Positions 9,309-18,740 of a stretch of DNA of 64,000 nt are shown here, piece after piece. Position 1 is the first letter of the stretch; the number at the start of each line of letters is the position of its first letter. The translations under genes were made by a program, and so were the position numbers. Source of the DNA: a bacterium. GTDB taxonomy: Bacteria; UBA8248. Under the pieces are notes generated by a model, which saw only the letters and a list, made by a program, of their open reading frames with translations, had not been told where the DNA came from and ran no database searches. The DNA lies in the NCBI GenBank assembly GCA_965200245.1, contig CBDATS010000004.1, positions 858,949 to 922,948 on the forward strand, read 5' to 3'.

Positions 9309-12155
9309 TCACCCGGCCACGCTCGCCGCTTCGAAATACTTTTTCAAGAACCTGCCTGTGTGTGAGTGGGGATTGTTCGCTACTTCCTCGGGCGTCCCTT
9401 CGGCGACGATGCGGCCGCCCCTGTCACCTCCTTCAGGACCAAGGTCAATCACCCACTCCGAATTGCGGATGACATCAAGATTGTGTTCGACGACCACTAC
9501 CGTGTTCCCCAGACCCACGAGGCGCGTGAGCACGTTCAGCAACCGCTCCACATCCTGAAAATGAAGGCCCGTCGTCGGTTCATCCATCAGGTACATGACG
9601 CCTCGGGGCGGCTTGGCGGCCAACTGACCCGCGATCTTCAGGCGCTGTGCCTCCCCACCCGACAGCGTGTTCACGGGCTGGCCAATTCGCAAATAGTTCA
9701 GCCCCACGTCTCTCAGGATGAGCAGCTTGTTCAGCACCGAGGGCACGTGATCGAAAAAGAGCATGGCCTCGTCTACCGTCAGGTTCAGCACCTCGTGAAT
9801 GTTCTTGCCCTTGTACTGAATCTCCATGGCCTGGGGCCTGAAGCGCTTGCCCTCGCAATCGGGACAGCGGATGAAGATGTCGGCCATGAAATGCATCTCT
9901 ATCTTCTGGATACCGCTTCCGGTGCAGGACTCGCACCGACCGCCTGTGGTGTTGAACGAGAAATGACCGGGGCCGTAGCCCATGTTCCGCGCCAGAGGCG
10001 ATTCGGCGAACAGGCGGCGGATCGTGTCGTAGGCCTTGAGATAGGTGATGGGGTTGCTCCTTGGGCTCTTGCCGATAGGGCTCTGGTCGAGCAACACGAC
10101 GGAATCAAGTTCCTCGAAACCTTCTATTCGCTGGAAGCGGCCAATGGCGCCTTTCCACTCGCCGAGGATGCGCGCGAGTGCCGGGTAGAGCGTGTCGTGC
10201 ACGAGCGTGCTCTTTCCCGATCCGGAGACACCCGTTATCGCTACCAGACGCCCCAGGGGAACATGGAGATCCACCGCCTTCAGATTGTTCTCCTGTGCGC
10301 CGAACAGGGACAGATAGGAGCAATTCCCGTTCTCTCCTCTTTTGAGCTTTCGCGGACTGATTTCGCGCTCGCCGCTCAGATACTTCGCCGTCGCCGACTT
10401 CTCGCAGAGGTCGAGTTCTTCCCGGGGTCCCGAGAAAACCACCTCACCCCCGCGCTCGCCTGCGCCGGGGCCCAGATCCACGACGTGATCCGCTTCGTCG
10501 ATGATGTCGCGGTCGTGCTCGACCACGAGCAGCGTGTTTCCCCGCTCGACAAGGTCGTTGAGTATCCCTGCAAGCCGAGCGTTGTCTCTCGGGTGCAGCC
10601 CGATGGTCGGCTCGTCCAGAATGTAGAGCGTGCCCGTCAGATGTGCACCCAACTGGTTTGCCAAGTTGATCCGCTGGTGTTCTCCCCCGCTCAGCGTTCT
10701 TGTTTCCCTATCGAGCGTCAGGTATTCGAGTCCCACCTTGTGCAGAAAATCGAGACGATCGCGCACCTGTTTCAGGATGTCGCCTGCACGGGCGTACTGA
10801 TCCGACGCGAGTGGCGGTGCCTCGAAGTAATCTCTCAGCTCGCTCACGGGCATGGCACATATATCGGCGATGGTGTGCCCGCCCAGCTTGATCCAGAGCG
10901 CCTCTGGACGCAGGCGCGTGCCATGGCACGAAGCGCATTGCTGCAGGCTTTGGTAGCGCCTGATCATCACACGTACCCAGACCTTGTACTTCCTGCGTTT
11001 GAGCCTCTCGAAAAACCGATACACGCCCAGAAACTGCCCCGATCCCTCGAACACCATCTTCTTGTGCTCCCCGGACATCTCCTGCCAGGGGGTGTGGATA
11101 TCGAGACCCTCATTCTTTGCGGCGTCCAGTAGCTGTTCTCCGAAATACCGGCGGTAACGCGGCCTCGTCCAGGGCTCCACCGCTCCCTGAGCGAGCGTCT
11201 TCCTCGGTTCGGGGACGATGAGTGCCTCATCGAAACTGAGCGTATTGCCAAACCCGCCACACTCCGGGCATGCACCGTTGGGGTTGTTGAAGCTGAACGT
11301 ATGCGGCACGGGTTCTTCAAACGTATTCCCGCAACACTCAAGCCGCTGGCTGAAACGAAGCCTCGGCCCGTCCACGAGTTGCACCTCGGCGACGCCGCCG
11401 CTCTCGGTAAACGCCGTCTCAAGCGACTCACCCAGGCGCGCGCGGTTTCTCCTGGAGAGTTTCAGACGGTCCACCACCACGCGAATCGCGTGGTGGTTCC
11501 CTATGGTGGGCCGGCCCGTATCCGTTTGTTCTTTCAATCTCTCAAAAAGCGGGGGGCCGATGTTGACTATCTCTTCATTCACCATCACGCGGACATAGCC
11601 CTGCTTCATCAGGGATTCGAGGTCTCTCTGCAAATATTCCGTATCGAGGTCTCCCATGGGGAAAAGGATGAAGCCTCTCGCATCCGCGTAGGCGTTCAGC
11701 AGGATATCCACCGTTCCGTCGACCGTGGCGGGCGCGACCTCACTCCCGCAGTCTGGGCAATGGATCTTCCCGGCCTTGGCGAAGAGTAACCTGAGGTAGT
11801 CGTAAATCTCCGACGCCGTCCCCACCGTGGAGCGCGAATGGTTCACCGGGTTGTACTGCTCGATGGCGATGGCGGGACTGATGCCCTCGATGTAGTCCAC
11901 TTCGGGCTTGTCCACACGCTCTAGGAACTGCCGTGCGTAGGTGGAGAGGCTTTCCACGTAGCGGCGGTGCCCCTCGGCGTAGATGGTGTCGAAGGCGAGT
12001 GAGGACTTGCCCGAACCGCTCGGCCCGGTAACGACGATGAAATGCTCCCTCGGGAGTTTGAGGGAGATGTCCTTCAAATTATGTTCCCGCGCTCCCTCGA
12101 TGCGGATATCCTCCATCAGGGAGACGGCGGGAGAATCTGCGCTTTGGGTGTTCAT
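9309..12155 (-). CDS. uvrA: Excinuclease ABC subunit A
   Basis: 948 aa. Two ABC modules with Walker [10 protein letters not shown] and GVSGSGKST and signature LSGGE(H/A)QR. Zn-finger Cys pairs are present. Confidence 0.97.
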   Translation of the reverse strand: MNTQSADSPAVSLMEDIRIEGAREHNLKDISLKLPREHFIVVTGPSGSGKSSLAFDTIYAEGHRRYVESLSTYARQFLERVDKPEVDYIEGISPAIAIEQYNPVNHSRSTVGTASEIYDYLRLLFAKAGKIHCPDCGSEVAPATVDGTVDILLNAYADARGFILFPMGDLDTEYLQRDLESLMKQGYVRVMVNEEIVNIGPPLFERLKEQTDTGRPTIGNHHAIRVVVDRLKLSRRNRARLGESLETAFTESGGVAEVQLVDGPRLRFSQRLECCGNTFEEPVPHTFSFNNPNGACPECGGFGNTLSFDEALIVPEPRKTLAQGAVEPWTRPRYRRYFGEQLLDAAKNEGLDIHTPWQEMSGEHKKMVFEGSGQFLGVYRFFERLKRRKYKVWVRVMIRRYQSLQQCASCHGTRLRPEALWIKLGGHTIADICAMPVSELRDYFEAPPLASDQYARAGDILKQVRDRLDFLHKVGLEYLTLDRETRTLSGGEHQRINLANQLGAHLTGTLYILDEPTIGLHPRDNARLAGILNDLVERGNTLLVVEHDRDIIDEADHVVDLGPGAGERGGEVVFSGPREELDLCEKSATAKYLSGEREISPRKLKRGENGNCSYLSLFGAQENNLKAVDLHVPLGRLVAITGVSGSGKSTLVHDTLYPALARILGEWKGAIGRFQRIEGFEELDSVVLLDQSPIGKSPRSNPITYLKAYDTIRRLFAESPLARNMGYGPGHFSFNTTGGRCESCTGSGIQKIEMHFMADIFIRCPDCEGKRFRPQAMEIQYKGKNIHEVLNLTVDEAMLFFDHVPSVLNKLLILRDVGLNYLRIGQPVNTLSGGEAQRLKIAGQLAAKPPRGVMYLMDEPTTGLHFQDVERLLNVLTRLVGLGNTVVVVEHNLDVIRNSEWVIDLGPEGGDRGGRIVAEGTPEEVANNPHSHTGRFLKKYFEAASVAG

Positions 12156-12296
12156 TTCCTCGTGACGGCTCTATGAGTGATACGGGCGACAGTGAAACGA
12201 TAACCCCTCAATATGATGCGCATGGGAGCGAAGTGTCAACGGGGTGGGGGGTGTTTCGGGGCAGGCTCTTCTTGACCGTCCAGGCAAGAAAGCAGG

Positions 12297-12328
12297 CCGC
12301 GGGGACAGGTCGCGACTCCTCCTGCAGG
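12297..12328. repeat. REP-like GC-rich palindromic unit
   Basis: CCGCGGGGACAGGTCGCGACTCCTCCTGCAGG. Shares the 12-mer ACAGGTCGCGAC with 37053 and 57034, and the 13-mer CCGCGGGGACAGG with 1763. Lies 8 nt past the SDR stop; the minus-strand form is followed by TTTCTTG. Confidence 0.7.
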
Positions 12329-12335
12329 AATCCCT

Positions 12336-13121
12336 TCAAATCGCTTTCAGCCTTCCTCCGTCTACCGCGAATACGCCGCCTGAGATGTAGCTCGCCTCGG
12401 GCGAGGCAAGAAACGCCACTATCGCGCCGAACTCCTCGGGCTCTCCCAGACGACCCAGCGGCACCTCGCGTTCCACACGGGCGACCGATTCCTCGAAAGT
12501 GATGCCCAGACGCTTCGCCAGCGACCGGCGGCCATGTAGCCCGCGTTCGGTTTTGATGACGCCGGGAATAACCACGTTCACGAGAATGCCCTCCCCGCCC
12601 AGGGAACGCGAGAGCGACTTCGCGAAACCGGCCACGGCGGGGCGCATGACGTTCGAGAGCAGAAGGTCGTCTATCGGCTCGCGCACGGAACTCGAAAGAA
12701 TGAACAGGATCCTCCCGCCGCCGCGCCCCCGCATTCGCGGAAGCGCTTCGCGCACGAGACGCACCGCGCTCATGACGCTCAGTTCAAAGGCGTTGAACCA
12801 GGCGTCGTCCCCGAATTCCTCGAACACGCCGCGTGGCGGGCCTCCCGCGTTCGAGACGAGCACATCCACACCATTGAAATGTTCCGCCGCCCCGTGAACA
12901 AACTTGCGCACACCCTCGGTCGTGCTCACGTCCGCCGCACAATACCAAGTTTTCACCCCCGCTTCGCGTGCGATGTCCGCAGCCGCCTCGGCACAGGCGG
13001 CCTCATCGCGCGCGCAGATGGCGACATCAGCGCCTCTCATCGCCATCTTGAGCGCAGAGGCACGGCCCAGACCCTTGCTGCCCGCCGCCACGAGGGCGAC
13101 CTTGCCTTCCATGTCTCTCAT
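12336..13121 (-). CDS. Short-chain dehydrogenase/reductase (SDR)
   Basis: Rossmann motif VAAGSKGLG, NAG (VSNAGG) and catalytic region. GGAGAG lies 7 nt before ATG 13121. Confidence 0.9.
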   Translation of the reverse strand: MRDMEGKVALVAAGSKGLGRASALKMAMRGADVAICARDEAACAEAAADIAREAGVKTWYCAADVSTTEGVRKFVHGAAEHFNGVDVLVSNAGGPPRGVFEEFGDDAWFNAFELSVMSAVRLVREALPRMRGRGGGRILFILSSSVREPIDDLLLSNVMRPAVAGFAKSLSRSLGGEGILVNVVIPGVIKTERGLHGRRSLAKRLGITFEESVARVEREVPLGRLGEPEEFGAIVAFLASPEASYISGGVFAVDGGRLKAI

Positions 13122-13466
13122 TCGCCGTCTCTCCGATCGTGCCCGCCCTCTTGAGGAGCGGGCGAAAAAAGCGCGTGCCATCCTGCGTAATCAGGTCACG
13201 TCATATCCGCCGGTATAACCCACCCGCCCCGCGGTCCACAATCGCCACGTCATCCCTGCTCGTCTGAAGAAAACCACGCATTTTCGGGCAGACTCATCCA
13301 CCAATCCTCATTTCCAGCAGCTTCATGCCTCGCTTCCCGCGAAAGCGGGATGGATTCTCGCACCGAAATGAGCGATAATGATATTCTTGAATATCAGGAA
13401 CGATCTTCAGGTGTCACGGTTCCATGGAATCGGGAGCATAACTTTTCTCATCCAGGGGGTAAGCAG

Positions 13467-14441
13467 ATGAAAATCTCTCGCATCTTTTGTGCCGTTCTGA
13501 TAGTTGTTTTCGCAGCCGCAGTGCAGCTGCAACCTGCTTCCGCCGCCTATCCCGACAAGCCGATTCAGTTCATCATTCCCTTCGGCGCGGGCGGCGGTGC
13601 GGACATCGAGGGGCGCCTGCTCGCCAAGGGTATGGCGAAGGTGCTCGGCGTTCCCGTGGTGGCCATCAACAAGCCGGGCGCGGGCGGTGCCGTCACCTAC
13701 ACGTTCGTCAAGAACTCCAAACCCGACGGCTATACCGTGGCATGGAACTCCACTTCCATCCTCACCTCCACGAACATCGGCAACGTGCCATGGGACTACA
13801 CGGCGCTCGATCACATCGGTCGGGTCCACTTCCAGCCCCTCGTAATGGCGGTAAACGCCAATTCGAAGTGGAAGACGGCGAAGGACTTCGTGGCGGACTG
13901 CAAGAAAAAGCCGAACACACTCAAAATCGGCCACGCAGGCACCGGCAGCACCACGCATCTCACGGCCGTCATTTTCACGAGCATGACGGGATGCAAAGCC
14001 ATTCTCGTTCCCCTAGGCGTCAAGCGCCGCAATGCGGCACTCCTGAGCGGCGAGGTCGACGCGATGGGCGCGCCTCTCACGGGTGCAATTCGCCTGGCGA
14101 AAGCGGACAAGTTCCGCATCATCACCCACATCACCGGCAAGCGGAACCCGGCGATCGCGGACGTGCCAACCATGAAGGAACTCGGCCACGACATCTCCTT
14201 CGACCATTTCCGCGGCCTCAGCGTGCCGAAGGGAACACCCGCCGCAGTGAAGGCGAAACTCGTGGACGCCATGACGAAGGCCGCCAACTCGGATGCCTTC
14301 AAGAAGCTGGCCAAAACGAAAGGCTTCACGATCGACCCGAGCGGACCAAAAGCGTTCGGCGAAATGCTCGCCAAGCGCGACAAGATTGTCGCCAATATCA
14401 TGAAATCCACGGGGATATACAAATCCAAGAAGAAGAAATAG
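13467..14441 (+). CDS. tctC: Tripartite tricarboxylate transporter substrate-binding protein (Bug/TctC family)
   Basis: Signal peptide MKISRIFCAVLIVVFAAAVQLQPASA followed by YPDKPIQFIIPFGAGGGAD, typical of the Bug family. Followed by tctB and tctA. Confidence 0.9.
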   Translation: MKISRIFCAVLIVVFAAAVQLQPASAAYPDKPIQFIIPFGAGGGADIEGRLLAKGMAKVLGVPVVAINKPGAGGAVTYTFVKNSKPDGYTVAWNSTSILTSTNIGNVPWDYTALDHIGRVHFQPLVMAVNANSKWKTAKDFVADCKKKPNTLKIGHAGTGSTTHLTAVIFTSMTGCKAILVPLGVKRRNAALLSGEVDAMGAPLTGAIRLAKADKFRIITHITGKRNPAIADVPTMKELGHDISFDHFRGLSVPKGTPAAVKAKLVDAMTKAANSDAFKKLAKTKGFTIDPSGPKAFGEMLAKRDKIVANIMKSTGIYKSKKKK

Positions 14442-14471
14442 GACAGGATCGCCAGTCGTGTGAAAGTATGG

Positions 14472-14510
14472 AGGCCGCCTTTCTCTGACGGGGAGGCGGC
14501 CTTCTTTTTC
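14472..14510 (+). terminator. Intercistronic terminator/attenuator after tctC
   Basis: 8-bp stem AGGCCGCC (14472-14479) / GGCGGCCT (14495-14502) followed by TCTTTTTC. Starts 31 nt after the tctC stop. Confidence 0.6.
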
Positions 14511-14543
14511 GAGTCGTTTTCATCTCCTTCGGACGGATTCGGG

Positions 14544-15026
14544 ATGGGTTTGCGAAACATAGTCGGCGGAGTGGTCATCCTCGGTTTTACGTTCTACTAC
14601 GGCGGCCTCGCCACTCTGCTGCCGAAGCGCACCACGACCGACGCACCGGGACCCCATTTTTTTCCCTACCTGATCTCCATCTCGATTATCTTCCTCACCG
14701 CGATGCTCCTTCTCCAGGGTGTGAGAGGACTCAAGGGCTCCGGCGGCCTCGCCGACCTGAGGCCCGAAAAACCTTCGGGAAACCAGAATTTCAGCATCGC
14801 CCGTGCAGCAGCCGGCCTGCTGCTGACGGGGCTTTACTTCTTCGCGCTTTCGATGTTCGGGTTCTTCTGGTCCACGCCCGTCTTTTTCGCCGCGCTGATG
14901 TGGACCTCGGGCGAGCGCCGTCCACTGGTTCTGCTCGGGCTGGCGATAACCGTCCCCCTGTTCCTGTTCTTCCTGTTCCGCGATCTGTTTCAACTTCCCC
15001 TGCCGAGGGGAAGTTTCCTGGGATGA
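14544..15026 (+). CDS. tctB: Tripartite tricarboxylate transporter small membrane subunit
   Basis: About 160 aa with 4 hydrophobic helices, located between tctC and tctA. Start uncertain. Confidence 0.7.
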   Translation: MGLRNIVGGVVILGFTFYYGGLATLLPKRTTTDAPGPHFFPYLISISIIFLTAMLLLQGVRGLKGSGGLADLRPEKPSGNQNFSIARAAAGLLLTGLYFFALSMFGFFWSTPVFFAALMWTSGERRPLVLLGLAITVPLFLFFLFRDLFQLPLPRGSFLG

Positions 15027-15032
15027 CGCCAC

Positions 15033-16541
15033 GTGAACGGTGACCTGATTCAGGGGTTCTACCTCGCCCTCGCGCCGACGAGCATACTGGCCACCGCTCT
15101 GGGCGCGCTCCACGGCCTCATATGCGGGATGATGCCGGGGCTGACGACGAGCGCCGGCATCATAATCCTGTTTCCGGTCACCTTCATCCTGGAACCGACA
15201 ACCGCCGTGGCACTCCTGCTGGGCGTCTTCGCGGGCGGAATGACGGGGGGGAGTTTCGCAGCGATTCTTATCAACATACCCGGCTCGCCCTCTGCCTCGG
15301 CCACCACGGTGGACGGCTATCCTCTCACCCGGAAGGGAGAAGCCGGGCGGGCGCTGGGCGTTTCCATCATTTCGAGTTTCACGGGCGGTCTCTTCAGTTT
15401 CTGCTGCCTTTTGCTCATCGCTCCCCAACTCACGAAAGTGGCCCTTCAGTTCCGCGCGGCCGACCTGTTCGGACTGGTCTTTTTCGGGATGTCCGTCATA
15501 TCCGCATTTGCCGCCAAATCGCTCATCAAGGGTCTCCTGTCCACATTCCTGGGCCTGATGATCGTGACGGTAGGGATGGACCCGCTCGTGGGTACCGCGC
15601 GCTTCACCTTCGGCGACGCGAACATGCTCGCGGGTATCCACTTCATTCCCGCACTCGTGGGTCTGTTCGCCATTCCGGAGATTGTGTCGAACCTGGCGGA
15701 GGGGAACATACGCTCGGTCGCCTCGCGGTTCGGCCGTGTGTTTCCGAGTTGGGCGGATATCAAGAAAATCCGGCTCCCGGTGGCCATCGGCTCCATCGTG
15801 GGCACTTTTATCGGCATTCTCCCCGGCGCGGGCGGCCCGATAGCCGTCTTCGTGAGCTACGACTACGCCCAGAAGGTCAGCAAGGAGCCCGAGCAATTCG
15901 GAAAGGGCTGCGTGGAGGGAGTCGCCGCGCCCGAATCGGCGAACAGTTCCATCGCGGGCGGTGCGCTCATTCCCATGATGACGCTGGGAATTCCCGGCGA
16001 TCCGATAACCGCAATCCTGATCGGCGCCCTGCTCGTCCACGGCATGGCGCCGGGGCCGCTTCTTTTTGTGGAGCAGGGGCCGTTCGCTTTTTCCGTGCTC
16101 TTCTCGTATTTCATCGCGATTTGCAGCACGGCGACGGTCGCATTCCTGGGGCTGCGTGTCATCGTGAAGCTGTTGTCCATCCCCCGATCACTTCTTTTAC
16201 CGATCATCGTCGCCCTTTGCGTACTGGGAACATACGCGCTCAGGAATTCGTTCTTCGACATCTACGTCATGTTCTTTTTCGGTCTCGTGGCGCTTTCTTT
16301 CAAATGGCTCGATATCCCGGTCGTTCCCATGCTTCTCGCGCTCGTGCTGGGACGCCAACTCGAGGAGCACCTGCGGGTTGCCCTGGCCTCGTCAAAAGGC
16401 GACATCTCGATTTTCTTCACCTCGCCGTGGTGTCTGTTTTTCCTGTGCCTGTCGGTGATCTCTTTCGCCTGGCCGTTCTTTCTCGAGTGGAAAGTAAAGA
16501 ACAAGGCACTCAAGGAGGCGTCCGCGTCTACTTCGGCATAG
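15033..16541 (+). CDS. tctA: Tripartite tricarboxylate transporter large permease
   Basis: 502 aa polytopic protein. TctA-type motifs GMMPGLT, PGSPSASAT and GILPGAGGPIA. GTG start. Confidence 0.9.
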   Translation: MNGDLIQGFYLALAPTSILATALGALHGLICGMMPGLTTSAGIIILFPVTFILEPTTAVALLLGVFAGGMTGGSFAAILINIPGSPSASATTVDGYPLTRKGEAGRALGVSIISSFTGGLFSFCCLLLIAPQLTKVALQFRAADLFGLVFFGMSVISAFAAKSLIKGLLSTFLGLMIVTVGMDPLVGTARFTFGDANMLAGIHFIPALVGLFAIPEIVSNLAEGNIRSVASRFGRVFPSWADIKKIRLPVAIGSIVGTFIGILPGAGGPIAVFVSYDYAQKVSKEPEQFGKGCVEGVAAPESANSSIAGGALIPMMTLGIPGDPITAILIGALLVHGMAPGPLLFVEQGPFAFSVLFSYFIAICSTATVAFLGLRVIVKLLSIPRSLLLPIIVALCVLGTYALRNSFFDIYVMFFFGLVALSFKWLDIPVVPMLLALVLGRQLEEHLRVALASSKGDISIFFTSPWCLFFLCLSVISFAWPFFLEWKVKNKALKEASASTSA

Positions 16542-16677
16542 AAAACAGATGTTCGCCAGGAGATGGAGAATCCAGGTGACCAAGTGGATTTCCACGTGAC
16601 TGAAAAAGAGGCTGCGCAGACAATAACGGCCAAATCGTCGAAAACCCGTTTTTGAGAGAATAGGAGAACGACAAACC

Positions 16678-17814
16678 ATGAAGCGCAGTATCGAGAGAAT
16701 ACTCACGACCCACACGGGGAGCCTGCCGCGTCCTCAGGAGGTGGTTGACTTGCTGCTGGCCCAGGAGGAGGGCGGCGCGGATTCCGATGCTTTCGAGGCC
16801 GTCGTGGCGCGTGCGATAGAAGATGTCGTCGAGAAACAGGCGGAGGCGGGTCTCGACGTGATCAACGACGGCGAGCAGGGCCGGCCCGATTATACCTCCC
16901 ACGTCAAGCACAGGCTGACGGGTTATGAGGGACCGAGTTCACCCCCGCTTGGCACGGGTGACGAAAGCTTTCCCGAACTGGCCGAAATACTCTCCCAATT
17001 CGCCTCGCCCCTCCAGAACCGCCCGGCCTGTTCAGGCCCCATGGGGTGGAAGGACTGGCCCGCCGCCCAAGCGGACATCGAGCACGCGAAAAGTGTCCTC
17101 GGCCGCACCGACATAGAAGAGGCGTTCATGACCTCTCCCTCGCCGGGCCAGATTTCGCGGTATCTCAGGAACCTCCACTATCCGAGTGAAGAAGAATACA
17201 TATTCGCGCTCGCCGAAGTGATGCGTCGCGAGTACGAAGCAATCGTGGACGCGGGCCTGCTTCTTCAACTCGACTGCCCGGACCTCGCGCTGAGCCGCCA
17301 TACCGTGTTTCGCAACCTGAGCCTCACGGATTTCCGAAAGGAAATCGAGATGCACATCGGAGCCCTGAACCACGCGGTGCGCAATATCGCACCAGAGCGC
17401 ATGCGCATGCACATCTGCTGGGGCAGCACGCTGGGGCCGCATCATGAGGACGTTCCCTTGAAGGACATCATCGACGTCGTGCTGAAGGGAAAGCCCTGCG
17501 CCGTCTCGTTCCCCGGCGCGAATCCGCGCCACGGCCACGAATGGAAGGTGTGGCACGAAATCGACCTGCCCGAGGGCATGAGCATCATTCCCGGCGTGAT
17601 CGATTCGACCTCCAATTTCGTCGAGCATCCAGAACTGGTGGCCGATCGCATCGTGAACTACGCCGAAGCGGTCGGGCGCGAGAACATTATCGCCGGCGTC
17701 GACTGCGGTTTCGGCACCTTCGCGGGCCGCGTGCAGGTGGACCGCCGCATCGTATGGATGAAGATGGCCTCCCTCGCCGAGGGAGCAGCACTGGCGTCGA
17801 AGCGTCTCTGGTAG
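16678..17814 (+). CDS. Cobalamin-independent methionine synthase catalytic-domain-like (MetE C-terminal family) protein
   Basis: 378 aa. Zn-ligand-like HICWGS and DCGFG motifs. N-terminal THTGSLPRP is typical of this family. Confidence 0.8.
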   Translation: MKRSIERILTTHTGSLPRPQEVVDLLLAQEEGGADSDAFEAVVARAIEDVVEKQAEAGLDVINDGEQGRPDYTSHVKHRLTGYEGPSSPPLGTGDESFPELAEILSQFASPLQNRPACSGPMGWKDWPAAQADIEHAKSVLGRTDIEEAFMTSPSPGQISRYLRNLHYPSEEEYIFALAEVMRREYEAIVDAGLLLQLDCPDLALSRHTVFRNLSLTDFRKEIEMHIGALNHAVRNIAPERMRMHICWGSTLGPHHEDVPLKDIIDVVLKGKPCAVSFPGANPRHGHEWKVWHEIDLPEGMSIIPGVIDSTSNFVEHPELVADRIVNYAEAVGRENIIAGVDCGFGTFAGRVQVDRRIVWMKMASLAEGAALASKRLW

Positions 17815-18109
17815 GACGGTGGGCGTCGTGTAAGCGGTGCGACGTTTCGAGTCTGGCTAACAAGGTGTTTCCAGACAGAGTGGCGGATACGGTTTCCTTC
17901 CTCGAATTATCCTTTCACGACTGAAAAGCACAAAGTTCACACTTCGCCATCCGAGCGTTAGAGAACAACGTTCGTTCCCGAAACGGAAGTCAACTCATAG
18001 AATCTCCCCACCGGTGAGATGCGCCTCCCGCCGTGCTCACACTCTTCCCGTCAAATGGAGCTTTTCATTAAAATTGTGAGAAATTTTTTCAAATAATGCG
18101 CCAAAATCG

Positions 18110-18150
18110 TTGACAAAATCCGATATTAGCCTATATATAATGATTATAAT
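18110..18150 (+). promoter_or_regulatory. Putative sigma-70-type promoter of hsp20
   Basis: TTGACA at 18110-18115. TATATA hexamers at 16-18 nt spacing (18132-18139) and TATAAT at 18145-18150. The region is strongly AT-rich. Confidence 0.45.
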
Positions 18151-18189
18151 AATAAATAATATTAGTGTTACTAACTAATATTATTTATT
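18151..18189. promoter_or_regulatory. Perfect 16-bp inverted repeat (candidate operator or 5-prime-UTR hairpin) upstream of hsp20
   Basis: AATAAATAATATTAGT-GTTACTA-ACTAATATTATTTATT. Lies directly downstream of the -10 candidates and 74 nt upstream of the hsp20 ATG. Confidence 0.5.
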
Positions 18190-18262
18190 AAGCAGCCGCT
18201 AGGAATGAAAAACGGGGAAACAGATTCCCTAAAAATCACATTCACCCAAGGGAGGATTCAAA

Positions 18263-18679
18263 ATGCCCAATCTGATGAGACCTGCTTCGATTCACGACGT
18301 TTTCAGCCGTATGCTGGAGGATTCCCTGGCCAGGCCATTCAGCAATGACACCGAGGAGGGAATTCTGCCCATCGACATCGCGCAGACGGACAAGGACGTT
18401 GTGGTGCGCGCTTCGCTTCCGGGGTACGAGAAGGAAGACATCGATCTCAGGATCGAGAAGGGCGTGCTCTCTATCAAGGCAACGAAACAAAAAACAAGTG
18501 AAGTCGAAGACAAGAAATATTACCGTCGCGAGCGCTTCATGGGCTCCGTGAGCCGGCGCATCATGCTGCCCGGCATCGTGCAGAGCGACGCATCGAGCGC
18601 GGAACTTGTAGACGGCGTACTCACGCTGCGCGTGCCCATCGCCCAGGCGAACAAGCCCAAACAGATCCTGATCAACTAG
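18263..18679 (+). CDS. Small heat-shock protein (Hsp20/alpha-crystallin family)
   Basis: 138 aa. Alpha-crystallin domain (PIDIAQTDKDVVVRASLPGYEKEDIDLRIEKGVLSIKA ... GVLTLRVP). GGGAGG RBS. Confidence 0.95.
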   Translation: MPNLMRPASIHDVFSRMLEDSLARPFSNDTEEGILPIDIAQTDKDVVVRASLPGYEKEDIDLRIEKGVLSIKATKQKTSEVEDKKYYRRERFMGSVSRRIMLPGIVQSDASSAELVDGVLTLRVPIAQANKPKQILIN

Positions 18680-18696
18680 CAGAACCCGGCCGGTTG

Positions 18697-18721
18697 GCCC
18701 CCGGCACTGCGCCGGGGGCCG
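18697..18721. terminator. Hairpin between convergent hsp20 and PrpD-family genes
   Basis: Perfect 10-bp stem GGCCCCCGGC / GCCGGGGGCC with a 5-nt loop. No clear U-tract on either side. Confidence 0.45.
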
Positions 18722-18740
18722 CCGCACGGTCCGGAAAGCC

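Noticed and set aside
9366-11132. 588-aa plus-strand ORF antisense to uvrA. Similar long antisense ORFs occur at 14520-16040, 33256-34398, 33485-34546 and 56937-58301.
   Set aside because: Each lies entirely opposite a gene with strong family motifs. They are Arg/Gly/His/Pro-rich low-complexity translations typical of shadow ORFs in GC-rich DNA, and they lack an RBS or any recognisable domain.
18151-18189. CIRCE (HrcA) or HAIR (HspR) operator upstream of hsp20.
   Set aside because: The sequence does not match TTAGCACTC-N9-GAGTGCTAA or CTTGAGT-N7-ACTCAAG beyond a few terminal bases. It is kept as an unclassified inverted repeat in the findings.
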